Positions 1 through 13,974 of a stretch of DNA of 64,000 nt are shown here, in pieces; the stretch's first letter is position 1, and each line of letters opens with the position of its first letter. Origin of the DNA: Callorhinchus milii. Taxonomy: Eukaryota. Location: NCBI RefSeq assembly GCF_018977255.1, contig NW_024704755.1, forward strand, positions 5,270,001 to 5,334,000. Direction: 5' to 3'. Under the pieces are notes generated by a model, which saw only the letters and a program-made list of their open reading frames with translations, was not told where the DNA came from and ran no database searches. The position numbers and the translations under genes are program-made.

Positions 1-2270
1 TCACCTAAACAGCAAAAGGTGTTGTACAAGAATGTTTTTGTATGTGTCTTCTGTTATGCAATGTATCTTCTACCACATGTGGTATATAGCTTCATAGTTT
101 TTGAAGATCTACTGTAGTCCTGAAGCTAGCTAGAATTTTGTTAATGGTTTGCAGGTCAATGTTTTTAATAGTCAAACTAACTGAATTATAAAACTTCAAT
201 GTATTGATTTATACAGGTAGATCTGTGTTTGTTTTTTTTAAAAAAGTAATCTTTAAGTTATTCAATTAAATTAGAGCCCTCAGTGAAAGTAACAAATGTA
301 ATTAAGTATTTATACATAACACAAAACTGATGATTACAGTCATTGAAATTGAAAGCCTCGTTACTGCAATTCTTCTCAGATTATAACATCAGACTACTCC
401 TATAGGGCATTCACAGGCAAAAGCATTGTGATGGAAATTGCCCATATATAAGCCATCTTGTTATACCAAGCAATTTGTCCATTTCATGCACCTTTAGCAC
501 CGCCTTGACACATACTTGTAAATTATGTTCAACACAGTAGAGACATTTTGCTCTTTATATCCCTCTCAAAATAGTTTACAACGGTTTACTTCAAGGCATC
601 AGCAGATACAATCAAATCAGTCTTTCAATTCCGGCTACTACTTTAGTTTGTGTCCGGCAATTTTGGTGACAGTATCTCTCTCAAACAGCAGTCCGCTTTT
701 ATCAGCGTTTTACTTGTAAGGCTCCGAGGTTGTCCAAGGCTTCATTCAAGAGATACCAAAATGCAATACAATCATTCTCCTGAATGCTAAATGATCTCAG
801 TGGAATTGTCTGTTGATCCTAAATGGTTTTCCAGTCAATTTTGTTTTGCTCAGCTGGGTGTCTGACTCATTAGCTGGAGTGCATTTCACTGGAGCATTGT
901 TTGCATTTCAAGTTATTATAGAAATTGATAATTAAAACTTTTATTGCTCACAAAACGCCCATGGTACTGAGTGTTGGCTGGGGATCACTGCTTATTTCAT
1001 CAATCTTGGTATTTTCTTTTGTGAGTTATAACTGATGGGACCCTCATTTTTGATGATAGTCAGGGTAAGTAGTATAAGTGGTTTATGATCGATTTCCTTC
1101 AGCGACAACCATTTATCAATCATTTAGAAAATGCTGATACACAATATGTACATTCAGAGAATCATTATTAATTAATGGAAGTGAATGAGAGCCAATTACT
1201 GTTCAGTACAGGTTTGGTGCTTGAGTGTCCCCTTGTATGTTTTAAATGCAGATTACAATACACAATGCAGAATATGTAACACAAAAAACCTCTGAAGACA
1301 AGATTGAGTTATGTTACAAATATAATATGGCTTTAAAACTTTAGAATTCAATTCATTCCAATTCTCTGACATTTGATCCAATTCACTTTTCACTATTTCT
1401 GACCATGTACTAAAGTGAACAAGTTACGAAAGGAAAATTGCTACATAATGCAGTGTAAAGTATGGATTTGTGGTACGATGGAAGTGGATAGTTACTCGGT
1501 AAAAAAAATCGATTGAGGAAAGATACAGTTAGACATAAGATAAGCATCAGTAGCCAGAGGCCTCTGTATTTGTTGTGGGGTTCACTGATGTCAGTTGACA
1601 CATATTTTAATGAGTTGCAAAATATATCAAAATCTGATGGGAATTAGCATTCTAGATTCTGGCACATATGAATTTCTCATCCTGTAGGCACTGAAATTAC
1701 CACCACAGCTACAGAACAAACATCTTCATTTTATAAAGTTCAAAAAGAAGAACATTTTTATTGATTGTTTCGAACCAAGTAATGCGGGGGATCATTGTGA
1801 ACATGCAATTATTTCCTTTTTAAGCACTTACAGATACATTTTACTTTATTTTGAGACCCGACCAGAAAATGAATCCTGTATCCTGAAGTGGAGCAAATTC
1901 AGTTTGGGGGAAATAATGTGTGAGATCCTGCATTTGGAGTAACTAAAAGTAGGCAAAAATTAGATTTTTCCTACAAAGAAACATTCACCTTTTGATGAGC
2001 TTGGAATCCTGTGAGAATGACTGAGAAATAATATATTTGTTTTATGGCAATAATTTGTTGTTTTTAAGATAACTTGTTCTGAGAGTGTTACAGTCTACAA
2101 GTGAATGAACACCTTAGCAGTCAATAAGTTTTCCACATATTACAACAACTTCAAATTACATTTGAATAGCGCCTTTCATGTCTTGAGGAGGTCCCAAGGC
2201 GCTGGACAATCAGGGAATACAGATCCTGATTTTATGTGAAACCTATTTGTAACATTAATGATTTATTAAT

Positions 2271-2336
2271 GGCCTTGGGACGTCCTCCCGACGTGAAAGG
2301 CGCTCTATAAATGGAATCTTGTTGTTGTTGTTGTTG
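2271..2336 (+). mobile_element. Tail-only L2 insertion (others near 2155-, 3622+, 8710-, 30234-, 62905+, 63165+)
   Basis: GCCTTGGGACGTCCTCCCGACGTGAAAGGCGCTCTATAAAT + (TTG)n. Confidence 0.8.
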
Positions 2337-4464
2337 AAAACAACTATTGAATAAATTGGTCTTTCACATATTTATCTCGATTCAATGAGCAGCATCAAAT
2401 AACACAGGAACAAACTTGAGAAGATAAGTGACCAAAGCTTATTCAATTCATCAAGTCTGTTCTCTCCAGATGCCATTGCTCCTATCGTGGAATCCACCAA
2501 AATCAATCAATCTCCTTGAGAGAGACATCCGATCACACAGACATCATGAAGTGATCCAACATGACAAAATGCTGTGAAATTTCTCTCTGACTCTAAGAGG
2601 CAATTGAGATCTCCAGGATAATAATCCAATTTATCCAACTGAAAAGAACTATGGGCTCAGGCAGATAAGAACTATTGCATTCCCCGCAGTTTTTGTTCCA
2701 ATGTCGTCTCTTTATTCTTACATCTGTTTACATGGTTTAAGGATAAAGATTATTAACTGTGTTTGCTGCAAGTCTATTCTACGCACCTACTTCTCTCTGT
2801 GGGAAGAAAATGTTCTTCTCTCTGCTCTGTTTCGGGGCTTATTCATTTTGTCCATCATTTTAAGCAGCAGTTGTACTTTTATTACGATTTTCAAATATTT
2901 TTGTAATACCATTAGGGAAACTGTAAGTCCTGAAAAATAGAAATAAAAGGTTTAAATATAGGGAACCAAAGCAAAATTATTAGATGTAGGTCAATTGAAG
3001 TTTAGGTTCCCGAAGGTTATGTTTCTGTTATTTTTCTGTCTCACTTCATAATAAAATAGGACAGTCAGCTCTTTTACCCTCCAGAATAAACTGACACTCT
3101 ATAAGCTTAATTAAAATAAGTACGGTGTTTAATCTTTTCTCCATCAATCTGACACAAAGCTAAATTGAGACTGAGATCTTTGAGATCATTTTGAAGCGTT
3201 AATACAATGAGATCCTAATGTACCTCATTGTATTAACTCTTTAGCATTAGGGGCTGTTTAGCTCACTCTAGCATTGCTGCTAGTAATAGCTGGCAGATCT
3301 TCGCTTTCTCTATCAGAATAATAATGTCTCTCTCAAAACATTTATATTTAAATATGCAATTGATTTGAACGTAAACATTTATAATTAGGCAATTCTCTAA
3401 CTGCACACAGGTGAAATGCTGGCAATCTCTCAGTGTTCATTCAAACTATTACATCTACATAGGTTATAATAAATTTTGTGTGGGGGAATGAATAGGTGAA
3501 AATAATTGAATGCAGAGGCTCTGGTAACACTACATAATTGTTTTCACTCTCTTATTATTTACAATAATATAATAATTACAATAATTTGTAAATAATAATT
3601 CTTATTATTTACAATACAATTCAGCACCTTGGGACGTCCTCCCGACGTGAAAGGCGCTCTATAAGTGGAATCTTGTTGTTGTTGTACAATATCCTCCATC
3701 CCCTCCCCCCACCTTTAAAGCCCACGTTAAGACCTATCTTTTCAACTGTGCTTTCGTTCACATTTCTCTCCCCACTCTCCTCAGTTCCCCCTCCCCTCCC
3801 ACTCCTTTCCCCCGCTGCCCCCAGTCAGTTATGCAAAGCGCTTTGAGACATTTCATAATAAATGTATATAGTTCCTTTGTTATTTTCAGTACACCTTTTA
3901 AATCTAATCGTAAGTGTAGTGCAATATTTTCCTCAGTTCATTGTTCGACTTGATTAAATTATATTGTATTGTGAAAGTGTTGCAGCTAACAAATGTGTAG
4001 TTAAAAATTGTTATAGATATTCTAGAATACGTTTCGAATATAGAATCACAATACTATACTTTGAACCATTAAATCTTGAAGCCTAAATGAACCATTACTC
4101 ATGATATAATGAAGACTGCATCAAAGGTAAAGGTTCAATTGGTATTATTGTGCACTACGGTCACTGGCTCACAATTGGTTATTAATTGAATAATTGTTAC
4201 TTGGCCTGTCTCTGTCATGGGAACCTATACACTGTATAAAAAAAACCTTGATATTTTTATTTGAAGCGCATCTACTATTTGAGCCTAGAGGTATTTTGTG
4301 TACTTATGAAGCATTACCTAAAGCATTTCTATGGCAACAAAGAACATTTCAACATGCTGTCTTGCGTGATTAGTGAGCATACATAATAGGGTGATACAGA
4401 GAGAGAAAAAAACCACGGTTTATGCCTGCCTGATGGAAAGCTATAAATATTCTATTTTCCTTTC

Positions 4465-4620
4465 TATCTTCGGATGAGATGTTAAACCAAGTTCCCGTCT
4501 GCCTTTTCAGGCGGACATTAAAGTAGAAAAGAGAAGGGACTTTCTCCAGGTGTCCTGGCCAACAATCCCCCAGATAAAATTAGTGATTCATTTCATGTCA
4601 TCGATGTGTTCAAACAGGCT
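4465..4620 (+). mobile_element. Old Deu-domain-like SINE remnant (related remnants near 8020-8130, 14635-14870, 32520-32633)
   Basis: TCTTCGGATGAGATGTTAAACCAAGTTCCCGTCTGCC resembles the DeuSINE core as recalled from AmnSINE1/SacSINE1. Confidence 0.55.
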
Positions 4621-7600
4621 GTTTATAATATAAGGATTATTTTTCTTACTTAAAGTACTGGTTCAACAAAATCTGCATATACCTTTAACATTGATTGGTT
4701 GACCTGGATTTCTTTAACAATATTTTTAAAAAGTTCTACGAAATTCAACATTTTTTAATGACAGCATCGCCTGTCAACATCAAGGAAAATGAGGCTCCTT
4801 TTGTTCTGCCCAACAGTTTTGTTCTGCCTAACGATTAGAGCCATATCGTGGGTGTACATATAGCGGTGTAGGAATGTCTCACTTCAGAGATTCCAGACTA
4901 CGGCAAATTCTTAATACAGCCTGCATTTTTAAGTCTTTTTCCTGTATTTTGTTTAAGAGCTACAGAAAATTTACTTTAAATTTAAAACTGAATTTAACAA
5001 TTAGCCAAATTCTGGACCCTTCAAATTACTGCCTAACCAGAGTAAATCTATACCTGGGTGTAATTTCTACACTAGTGTATCTTAATCCCAACCTCAAAAA
5101 CCTTGTCCTTCCTTGTCCTTGAGGTTTCTCTGATAGAGATTATTGTTGTAAGGCCACGTTATTGTTGTGTGTCCATGCCCACTGGATTCAAACAGCCCAG
5201 CTTTATTTCACATTAATTCTTTACAGATAACAGACAGAGAGAACTTTCACACCATCAGTCTATCTTAGCTTATGATTCAGGAGGTGAAAGGGTAATGGGG
5301 GTTATCTTCTACTTGTGAAAGTTCATGACACCCATTGTTAAAGACTTTGACAAGCTATTTTATGTGAATAGTGCCATGTAAAAACAAATTGTTGTTTCAC
5401 TGAGGTTATGCTGTAGGTCAGACAGTAAGAAAAGGCCAGATTGAACTTTGCATACTATACCATATAAATGTTTAATATTTCCTGTTCCATAACCATTACA
5501 TTATATTTATCATAATTGAAATCAATCTTGTATTCCAGTTTTCCTCATTAAGGATTCCTGTCTGATATCATCCTATTTTAGATTCCAGTACTGTTCAATT
5601 ATTTCCTATAAATGCAAATTATTGCCTAGAATTCTGAGGTTGCTTTCGGTTTGCTGAAATTCTGTTGCTACACTACAGTTGACGACTTGTGAAGCTCTTT
5701 GATACTGCAGAACAAATATTAAATGCAAGGATTATTAATTAACAAATTGATGGACAGCAACATTCTGAGAAATCAGTGTAATTTCCTCTGTTAATGTGAA
5801 ACCCACTCTACAGGTAAAAGGACATGATAGAATGGCATCTGTGTATATATTTAAAAAAATCATGTTAATCATGGAACAGCACACACTCAGTGCTTAGAGC
5901 ACAGGCTGTTCTAAAGAATAAAGGACCTGTAACTGATGCCCTTGTGCGCAATGTTATCACGTGTACAGCAGAAAGGAGAATCTGTCAAAGTGCTCCTGTA
6001 AAACCCCTGTTTACCATATATTACGCATGGAAAATAATCAGAAGATAATAGATTGCAGAAGCCTACCTCTGTGAAGTTTAAGCAGGAAGTGCAGTGTGCT
6101 GATTGATTGTGATTTGGATTAATCATGGTGGATTGTGACAAAACAAGTCATTGTTTCGCCCAGAAATACACAGTCCTTCCACTGCACAGTGAAATCCTAT
6201 GAAGTACTTTGGGATGCCCTTCCAACATGAAAAGTGAAAAGTGCTGTAACAAATGCAAGGATTATTATTATTATTATTATGACCATTTTATTCAAAGTGT
6301 AACGTAGTCAAACATCACAATGAATTCAGGGTCTATTGAAAATAATCCTAGAATGTGGTCTCAATATGGTTCTACGCATGATTCTATACATTTTCATCCT
6401 TTCCTGCTTCTAAGAAAGTCATGCACTATAGCCTGAGGTAAGTATCCAGAGCCACTCAAAGTTTATTGGGTGTAAACCACTAATCCTTGATGCGTACCTC
6501 AGGCAATAGTAATTCTCTAAATTGTTCCTTCCTCAGTTAAAACTTCATCTAAATCCATTGCTTAAATTACAACTTTATTACTGACTTATAATTGCATTAT
6601 GATAATTTCTCGCATAAAACATGCCTTGATTTAGGTATCTGGCTGCTGTCTTACTCGCCCCATCCTTTTCTTATTGACAATAATAATAATCATCATCTTT
6701 ACATTTGATAAAGCACCTTTCATTTTGGGAGGATGTCTCAAAGTACTTTGCAGAATTTACTGTAAACTGCAGTGACACATGCAACTGACTATCTGCACAC
6801 AGCAAAGTCCCACAAACAGCATTGAACCGAATCATCAATTTCTATTTGGGGCATTGTTGGCCACGACACCAAGAGAAACTCCCTTCGTTTTTCGACCTTC
6901 CAGCCTCGACTACATGTGCTGAGTCTCCCGTCTCCTGAATCTCAACAGCCCATTTTATCAAGAAAGGGGAAAATTACCTTGGTGGTCACTGGGGTTTCCG
7001 ATGCTCCTGTTTATCTCTGGAGACCCATGTCCAATTCATTCTTTCTACCCGAGTGATTTATTGTGTTTGCAAATGAATTAAATGAACTAAATGTAAACGT
7101 CCCCAATGTACATAAAGAGGCTTCTAATTCTAATGCAAACCTCCAGTCGCTGTTAATATTTTGCTGCTTAGATTTGCAGAGTCAAATTCTATTAAAACTT
7201 TCTCATTAGTTTCAATGTACAGAGGTTTGGGAATAGGAGGCTTGCGGGCAATTCTTTCACCGGTTGCCACATCCACCAACATTTCTATGGGAAAATCATT
7301 ATTCTGTGCACAGGAGATGTCAGAATGATGAACAACATCAATAAAATCAGCATTTTCTTGCAATTTGAGCGACACGTAAACAGTATTTATACTTAAAAGT
7401 TACCACTGCTGAAAACAGTGAGAAACAAACGGTGATAACAACAACAACAACAACTTGCACTTGTATAGCGCCCTCCATGTAGGTTAGTGTCTCAAAGCAT
7501 TTAACAATGATAGAACCTGACTCCGAGCGGGAGGGGAAAAAAGAGGGGAGAGATGCGGTAAGGCGGAGGGACTAAGTTTTGGGATATAGCGGCCGAAAAT

Positions 7601-7689
7601 GCGACCTCCAATGGTGGGGCAGAGGGTGCGAGGGACGAGCAGGAGGTCGGTAATGTGATGTGTGTTCGGAACATATTGGACTGCTCTCA

Positions 7690-7965
7690 AAACAGCGACC
7701 AAAGGATTGGCAATTGCAACTTAATATGTCTGTTAGGTTAACAAGCAGGCACCACATCAATTCACTGTAACCAATGCCGACAATTCGAATGAAATGAGCC
7801 TTGTTGATAGAGTTAATCAGAAGATAGATGATCCGCATTTGGAGCTGGTTTCTAGGAAGTGTGGTTTCCTTTAAGAAACAGCTTGATGTAGTGATAGGAA
7901 GGTGATAAGGATTCACATTCGGGAAGGGTATGATCAAATGAGCCAAAGGGCCTTCTTCATTCAAA
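7690..7965 (+). mobile_element. Degenerate CR1-like 3' end
   Basis: SFKKQLD-type coding end followed by an ATGAGCCAAAGGGCCT tail typical of CR1 3' UTRs. Confidence 0.45.
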
Positions 7966-8210
7966 CTTGACCCTGCACTTTGACACTCAAGTTTAGAACT
8001 GGGGAGAGCACTTGATTATCAGAAGTCCTGCAGTTCAGTGGTCATGTTAAATTGAGTTTCCATCTGCCTGTGAATATGGATGTTCAAAATCCCATTATAC
8101 TATTTGAAAAGGGAAGAAAAATTCTGGACCAAAAATTCTTTAAAAGAATGGATTATCTCAGGGCTATCGTGCGTATCTCCAAAATACTATTACATTTAAC
8201 AATAATGACT

Positions 8211-8410
8211 CAAACAATAATTAAATTGGTCATTTTCAATCTACGACTGTTTGTGGGACATTGCTGTGCGCAATTGGCTGCCGCGTTCGCCCACAAATAT
8301 ACAGTCAATTCACTTTACAGTGTGTTCTGTGAAGCGCTTTGGGACGTCCTCCCGACGTGAAAAGCGCTATATCAAATGCAAGGATTATTATTATTATTAT
8401 TATTATTATT
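8211..8410 (+). mobile_element. 5'-truncated SINE (similar fragments near 9240, 12055, 18270, 18530, 20830, 38180, 58815)
   Basis: 3' 200 nt nearly identical to the full-length copies. Confidence 0.9.
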
Positions 8411-11400
8411 AAATCACTTGAGGTTTGCTTGGAAATGGAGATTGTTTCCCTAGTTCTGTTTATCTACCATCAGCTCTCTTGACAACTTACCAATTAACTA
8501 TCCAAGCTTTCTGGTGGGCAAGAAAACGGATACATCCTGAATAATACACAATAATATTTTAGTTATCTTTCAGCTTCAAACTATGAATTTTTCACAATGT
8601 GCCTAGGAGCTCGCGATAGTAAATAAAACATTTTTTTGAAAAAAGCATATTGGTGGAGGATTTCACCCACATCCACCTGTGATCAGAACCAGGCTGTGTT
8701 TATTAACAAAAACAAATTACATGTGTATAGCGCCTTTCACATCAGGAGGATGTCCCAAGGCGCTGGACAGTCAAACCTATTTCAGATTGGCTATGTCTTT
8801 AAGAGCTCTGAGACGCTACCCTGTTTGAGGGTCGCTACATAACTGGAAGTTGTAAACAAAAAATGCAAGCTGTTGTCTTTCTGATTTTCAGCCTGCCTGT
8901 GACTCACATTCAGAAGAGGAAAATTTCACCATTACTGTATTGCATCAAAACTAAAATATGCAAAATCCATCCAGACCCTATTACTCCAATACTGTTTAAC
9001 TATTGGAATTTCTATCGCCAATGAAGATTGTTCGATAATTCAGCAAATTTCACAATAAAGTGAATAAAATAAACAGATATGTTGATTAATTTTATTGGTG
9101 TTGAAGTAATGATATGGTCCAGTGATGTGTTTAATGAACGTTATATCCCCAGCTTTATTATTCATACGTTGCTTGCATTAATTAATCATTTGAAGAAGCG
9201 ATTTTGCAAGAACTGTTCATAGACAGACTCAGACTCACTCAATCCACGACTGTTTGTGGAACACTCCTGTGTGCAATTGGCTGTCGCAATTCGCCCACAA
9301 AGTACGCAGTCACTCCATTTTACAGTATATTCTGTGAAGCACTTTGAGATGCCTTAATGACGTGATAAGGTGCTATATCAAATGCAAAGATTATTATAAT
9401 GTTAAGAACTGCAATATTTTCTTAAGCTTACCCTGTCAGATAAGGTTTGTGTGAGATGGCAACATGGCCTAAAGTCTACTCCAACTCTGCACAGAATAAT
9501 TATAATTATAAAGCAGTCTCATTGGGTGGCAAAGATCTACTGTTAACCTTGGCTCCTGTCAAATAATTTACTGAATTTAAAGCCCATGGCTGTTTGTACT
9601 TGCACACATGCAAATAGTGTTTCAATGTTTCAGTGCAGTTATGAAGAAGGAATGATAATAATAATAATAATCCCTGAGAGACGTCTCAAAGTGCTTCACA
9701 CAATATACTCCAGACTATACCCACACTAATCCATTACATTTTTTAAAGTTAGGATTAGAATACATGGTAAAAGTATGATTAGCAGAATACATGGTAAAAG
9801 TAATCAGTAATTGTTCACATAGAAAAATTCAAATAGTTTGAAAACTGATATAAGTTCAAAAATTGTCTGGTTTAAACAGTTCCCCCTCATACACATACAC
9901 ACATAGCTATAACTTGGTATCAGAGTACATTATTCATACCAATTGACCTACATGGGAAGAATATACCCATTTCCCCAGATTATTATAGGTGTGGCTATTG
10001 CATATATTTTCTATTGCTTTTTTCCTGCCACTGGATAAAACTAACTTCCTTCTGGGACCTGGTGGAGTGGTAATGGGCTGTTACCACAGTGAAGATAATT
10101 GGTGTGAAACAGCTGAATGACTAACTAATCCCCAATATTTTATCGGGATTTCCAATAACCAGATTGCTGAGAATGATTCCAAAGTAAGGAAGTCAACTCC
10201 AGCAAGTATATTCAGCTGGAGGCCAGCTCAAGTCCTGCTATAAAACCTCCAAGACTTCTTGCCCTTCAATGCCCAGTATTCATGCCATTAATTTGCATGT
10301 CAATGAAAAGAGAAGTTTCAACAAGTTGTTTGTCTTTTGCTTCCAGTCTGCCCTTAACTGCTGGAATGGCTTAAACATGTTCCCTATTTACAACTTCTTC
10401 AATCAGATCTCATTTTATAATTGCAAATTACTTACACAAAAGCTACAGGATAAAACAATGGGTAAATATAACTCATGCACCAAGGTCAGTAAATTTACTA
10501 ATGATAAAACATGCAAGTTACAATAGACTCCAGACTGCTCTCTCAACTGAGGAATCAAGGGTGACTCAAGGAATACTTAACGTAAATTAATATCTAAATG
10601 GAGCTGTTTAGCAACAGCAAGCCACCAATTAAACGCAGTGACACAGCTATATTCTGGTCTTAGGTTCAGCTCAAAGCATACCACAGCAGATTTGGATCTT
10701 ATCCAAATCAAATACAGCAGCAGTTGTTTCCTTGATGACTCACAGAGTCAAAAGAAATTGTACCTTTCATGGTTCATAACATTCAATGTACTGAAGTGGA
10801 AATGTTGTAGAAATCTGCCTGTCTTGGTGACCCTGAATCTTTTAATTCTACATTCAGGACAATACAACAAAAGCCACAATTGCATTATTTACTACAAGAC
10901 ATCTTGTGTACTGCTTAACACAAATGTAGCCCTGCGATTTTATTCAAATGCTAATATGATTTACTCCTGATAAATCTGTACCTAATCAAAGCCACAACTG
11001 TTGTGTTACCAAATTTCTTTCCCTTCACACCCACATTGTAACATTTCTTTTTCCATGCACGCCCACAACTTAGAATTTCTGATCCAACCATATGAATTAA
11101 TGATATACACTGTCTTCAAGCATGAATGTTCAGTTACATATAGTTAATGCAATGTTAAGTTTCAATTCCAATGACAGTAGCATATTTTAGCAGTGCGATG
11201 ACTTTCTTATAAAATATTTAGCCTGCTTAAGTGCTTTTTGGTTTTAAATTTGTTTAATCAAAATAAATATAATTGCAAGTTGTTGTTGTTGCTGTTGGCA
11301 TAGAGTATCGGAACACCAACACACCACCATGAAGCAAAAGCATACAAGTCTAATTGGCTAGGGGAGGACAGGCAGAAAAAGCCACACTTTCTCATTATTG

Positions 11401-13974
11401 GTTTATAGTATACTGATAAAGGTATTACTGTGTTTTTTTTAGACAATCTCTGTGTTGTTTTGCCAGAATTCAGCCAGATTTATTGCATGAAGGAGAATTT
11501 CTCCCAGGGTGTCCCAGCCAACAATCCCCCAATATAAATCCAGTCATTCACTTCATGGGTGTTTGTGGGGCATTGCTGTGCACAAATCAGCAATTACAAA
11601 ATACACAGTCACTACACTTTACACCGAATCCTCCAAAGTGCTTCGAGAGAGGTAAAAGATGCCATATTAAAAGTAAGGATTATTATTTATTATTACCCCT
11701 GTCTCTGTCAATCCTTTCACCATGGAATATTAAATTGCTGTATCGACTTGCCAAGACTTCCCATGATCTCCCTTGTGCCAGGTTTGTCAGGAAATAGCAC
11801 TAAAAGGGAGTGAGGAAGCTATTCCTCCTTGAGCGGTGAAAGATTCACAATGGACCATTCTCACAACCCCCCAGGAGGCAATCTGAGAGCAGCATAGGAA
11901 GAGGTCAGCGCACAGTCAGGAGATTCCATCTGCTGCCTTCTTGGACAGGGAACGGGCAGAGGCACAGAGGAAGAAAACTAGACTATAATTAAATTAAAAT
12001 GATTAGCCAACTCTCATGCTGCTAACGGATTTCGTTCGCTTGGTGCTTGAGAATATTAATAATAATATTCCTTGCACTTGATACAGCGTCTTATCACGTC
12101 TTTGAGACGTCTCAAAGCGCTTCACAGAATATATTGTTAAGTGAATTGACTGTATATTTTGTGGGCGAAAACAGAGGAACAAATTACTCGGAAGGAAGCC
12201 ATTTGCTTTTCAAGCGTAACATGCACAACACATTGCAAGTTAAAAATTAAATAACAAACAGGAGAACTTTATCAGCCCCACCATTACGTACTTGGCTCAG
12301 CAGACAAAAGACTGCTCGACCATCTCAGATGACTGCTTCAGAACAGATGAAAATGGTGTAATCTAAGAACAGCCTCATCTTATCAGAACTACAATTCAAC
12401 AGAAAAGAAAGAGAATAAAAAAAAACAAAGCTACACAGATCAAACTTCTTCCCATTTCCAGCTACTTGAAACGTATCCTTCTGTTTGCCAGTGGCAAAAA
12501 TGTGCATTTAGACTTCATGTCATCACAGACATAACAGATGCACATTCATTACAGTTTGGTTAAAGCAAAAGGTAAAGCTACATTATGGTTTGAACTATAT
12601 CTAAATGTTTTTTGTGGGGTGAAAGAATAGAAACTGACTACAATTTGTATTTACACAGCGCTTTTCACATCGGGAGGACGTCTCAAAGTGTTTTGCCAAA
12701 TACTGAAGTGGTAAGTAATCCCTTTAGGGTAAAATCTGCACATGAGGCAATAGAACAATTTTAATTCATATACTGGATTAAATCTGCATCAGGTGAAAGT
12801 GCATTTTGAACATTTCCTTTATCGGGGAGAATGGAAAGTGTTTTGTGAAGAGAAGAGACAGACAACATGATCTGATTGTCACCACAGCAATCAGAGACCC
12901 AAGTGAGGCACCTTTTAATCCTTGCTCCTCACTTACATCACTTACATTATTATTATTATCTAATTTCTTTGGGAAGAGGTTAACCCTACATTAGGTTCAC
13001 CTCATTCAGTGATCAGCAGCTCATCTGTCCAATAGTCAGTATGAGAAACACACAGATGTGTTCCCATAGCCACATCACAGAAATGTAGACACATCTGGGG
13101 AGATGTGGATAACTGTCAGGAGGTTTGAAGTGTATTGGAGCGAATCAAGTGATTAAGTATTGTGACAGAATTCGGTAGAATTAAGAATTAAGTGCGATAC
13201 ACTGCCTGACTACCTGTGCTTTATTGACTTCTTTACTTTAACTCAATGCTCTACAAAACAAACTGTCCATCATTAAATATTACAAGGCAAAGGGTAATCA
13301 ACCAACATACAACAGTCGACATACAATCACATTAGCTATTCATTTAGCTGTAAAAAAGCCAGTGCATTCTATAAGAAATACCTCTAACATTGAGATGTTT
13401 CAAAGTTAAATCAAAATCAAGCATTATTATTATTAGAATGAAAACAGTGTGATGCACTGACAATTTTATATTTTTTCTAACCCTGAAAGCCAGACTCCCC
13501 ATAGATCAGCCATCAGCACATTTTATATTATAACTAGTATTGTTTTCCTCTTCCTGTTGCTTATAGCTCATGTGAATAGCAGGGGATCCAGAAAAAGAAT
13601 CCTGTAGAGTTTGACTAATCACTGCCCCAGGACAGACCTTTTTTTCCAGTTATCACCACCTTCTTGCAATCCTGGTTCCTACTCCTATGTTAATTTTCAG
13701 TCATGTTGCCTGGTTTGTCACTAACGCAATGATCTTTAACCTTTGTAGCCTCATTCAAACTTAGTTGAGCATTAAGATGATCAGCATTAGCAATGGCAAC
13801 CCTCAAAATATATTACTGCTCTCTCTAATGTCCCACCCTGCTGCCAATGAGTAGAGACAATCTACACTTTAAAGATCAGGATATTGAAATGCTTCTTATG
13901 AAAACCTAGATGGGTGCATTGCATGGCTGAATTTTAACAGCTATATGATAGAACTCAGATGTAAGTTGCAGTAG

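Noticed and set aside
6435-6456. let-7/miR-98-like TGAGGTAAGTA in a hairpin arm
   Set aside because: Seed differs (GAGGUAA versus GAGGUAG) and the remainder does not match
7130-7375. 81-aa ORF with protein-like composition
   Set aside because: No recognisable family, GTG start, and an in-frame stop between it and the nearest acceptor
9754-9802. Short tandem duplications (also 34724-34768)
   Set aside because: Ordinary two-copy slippage events with no further structure
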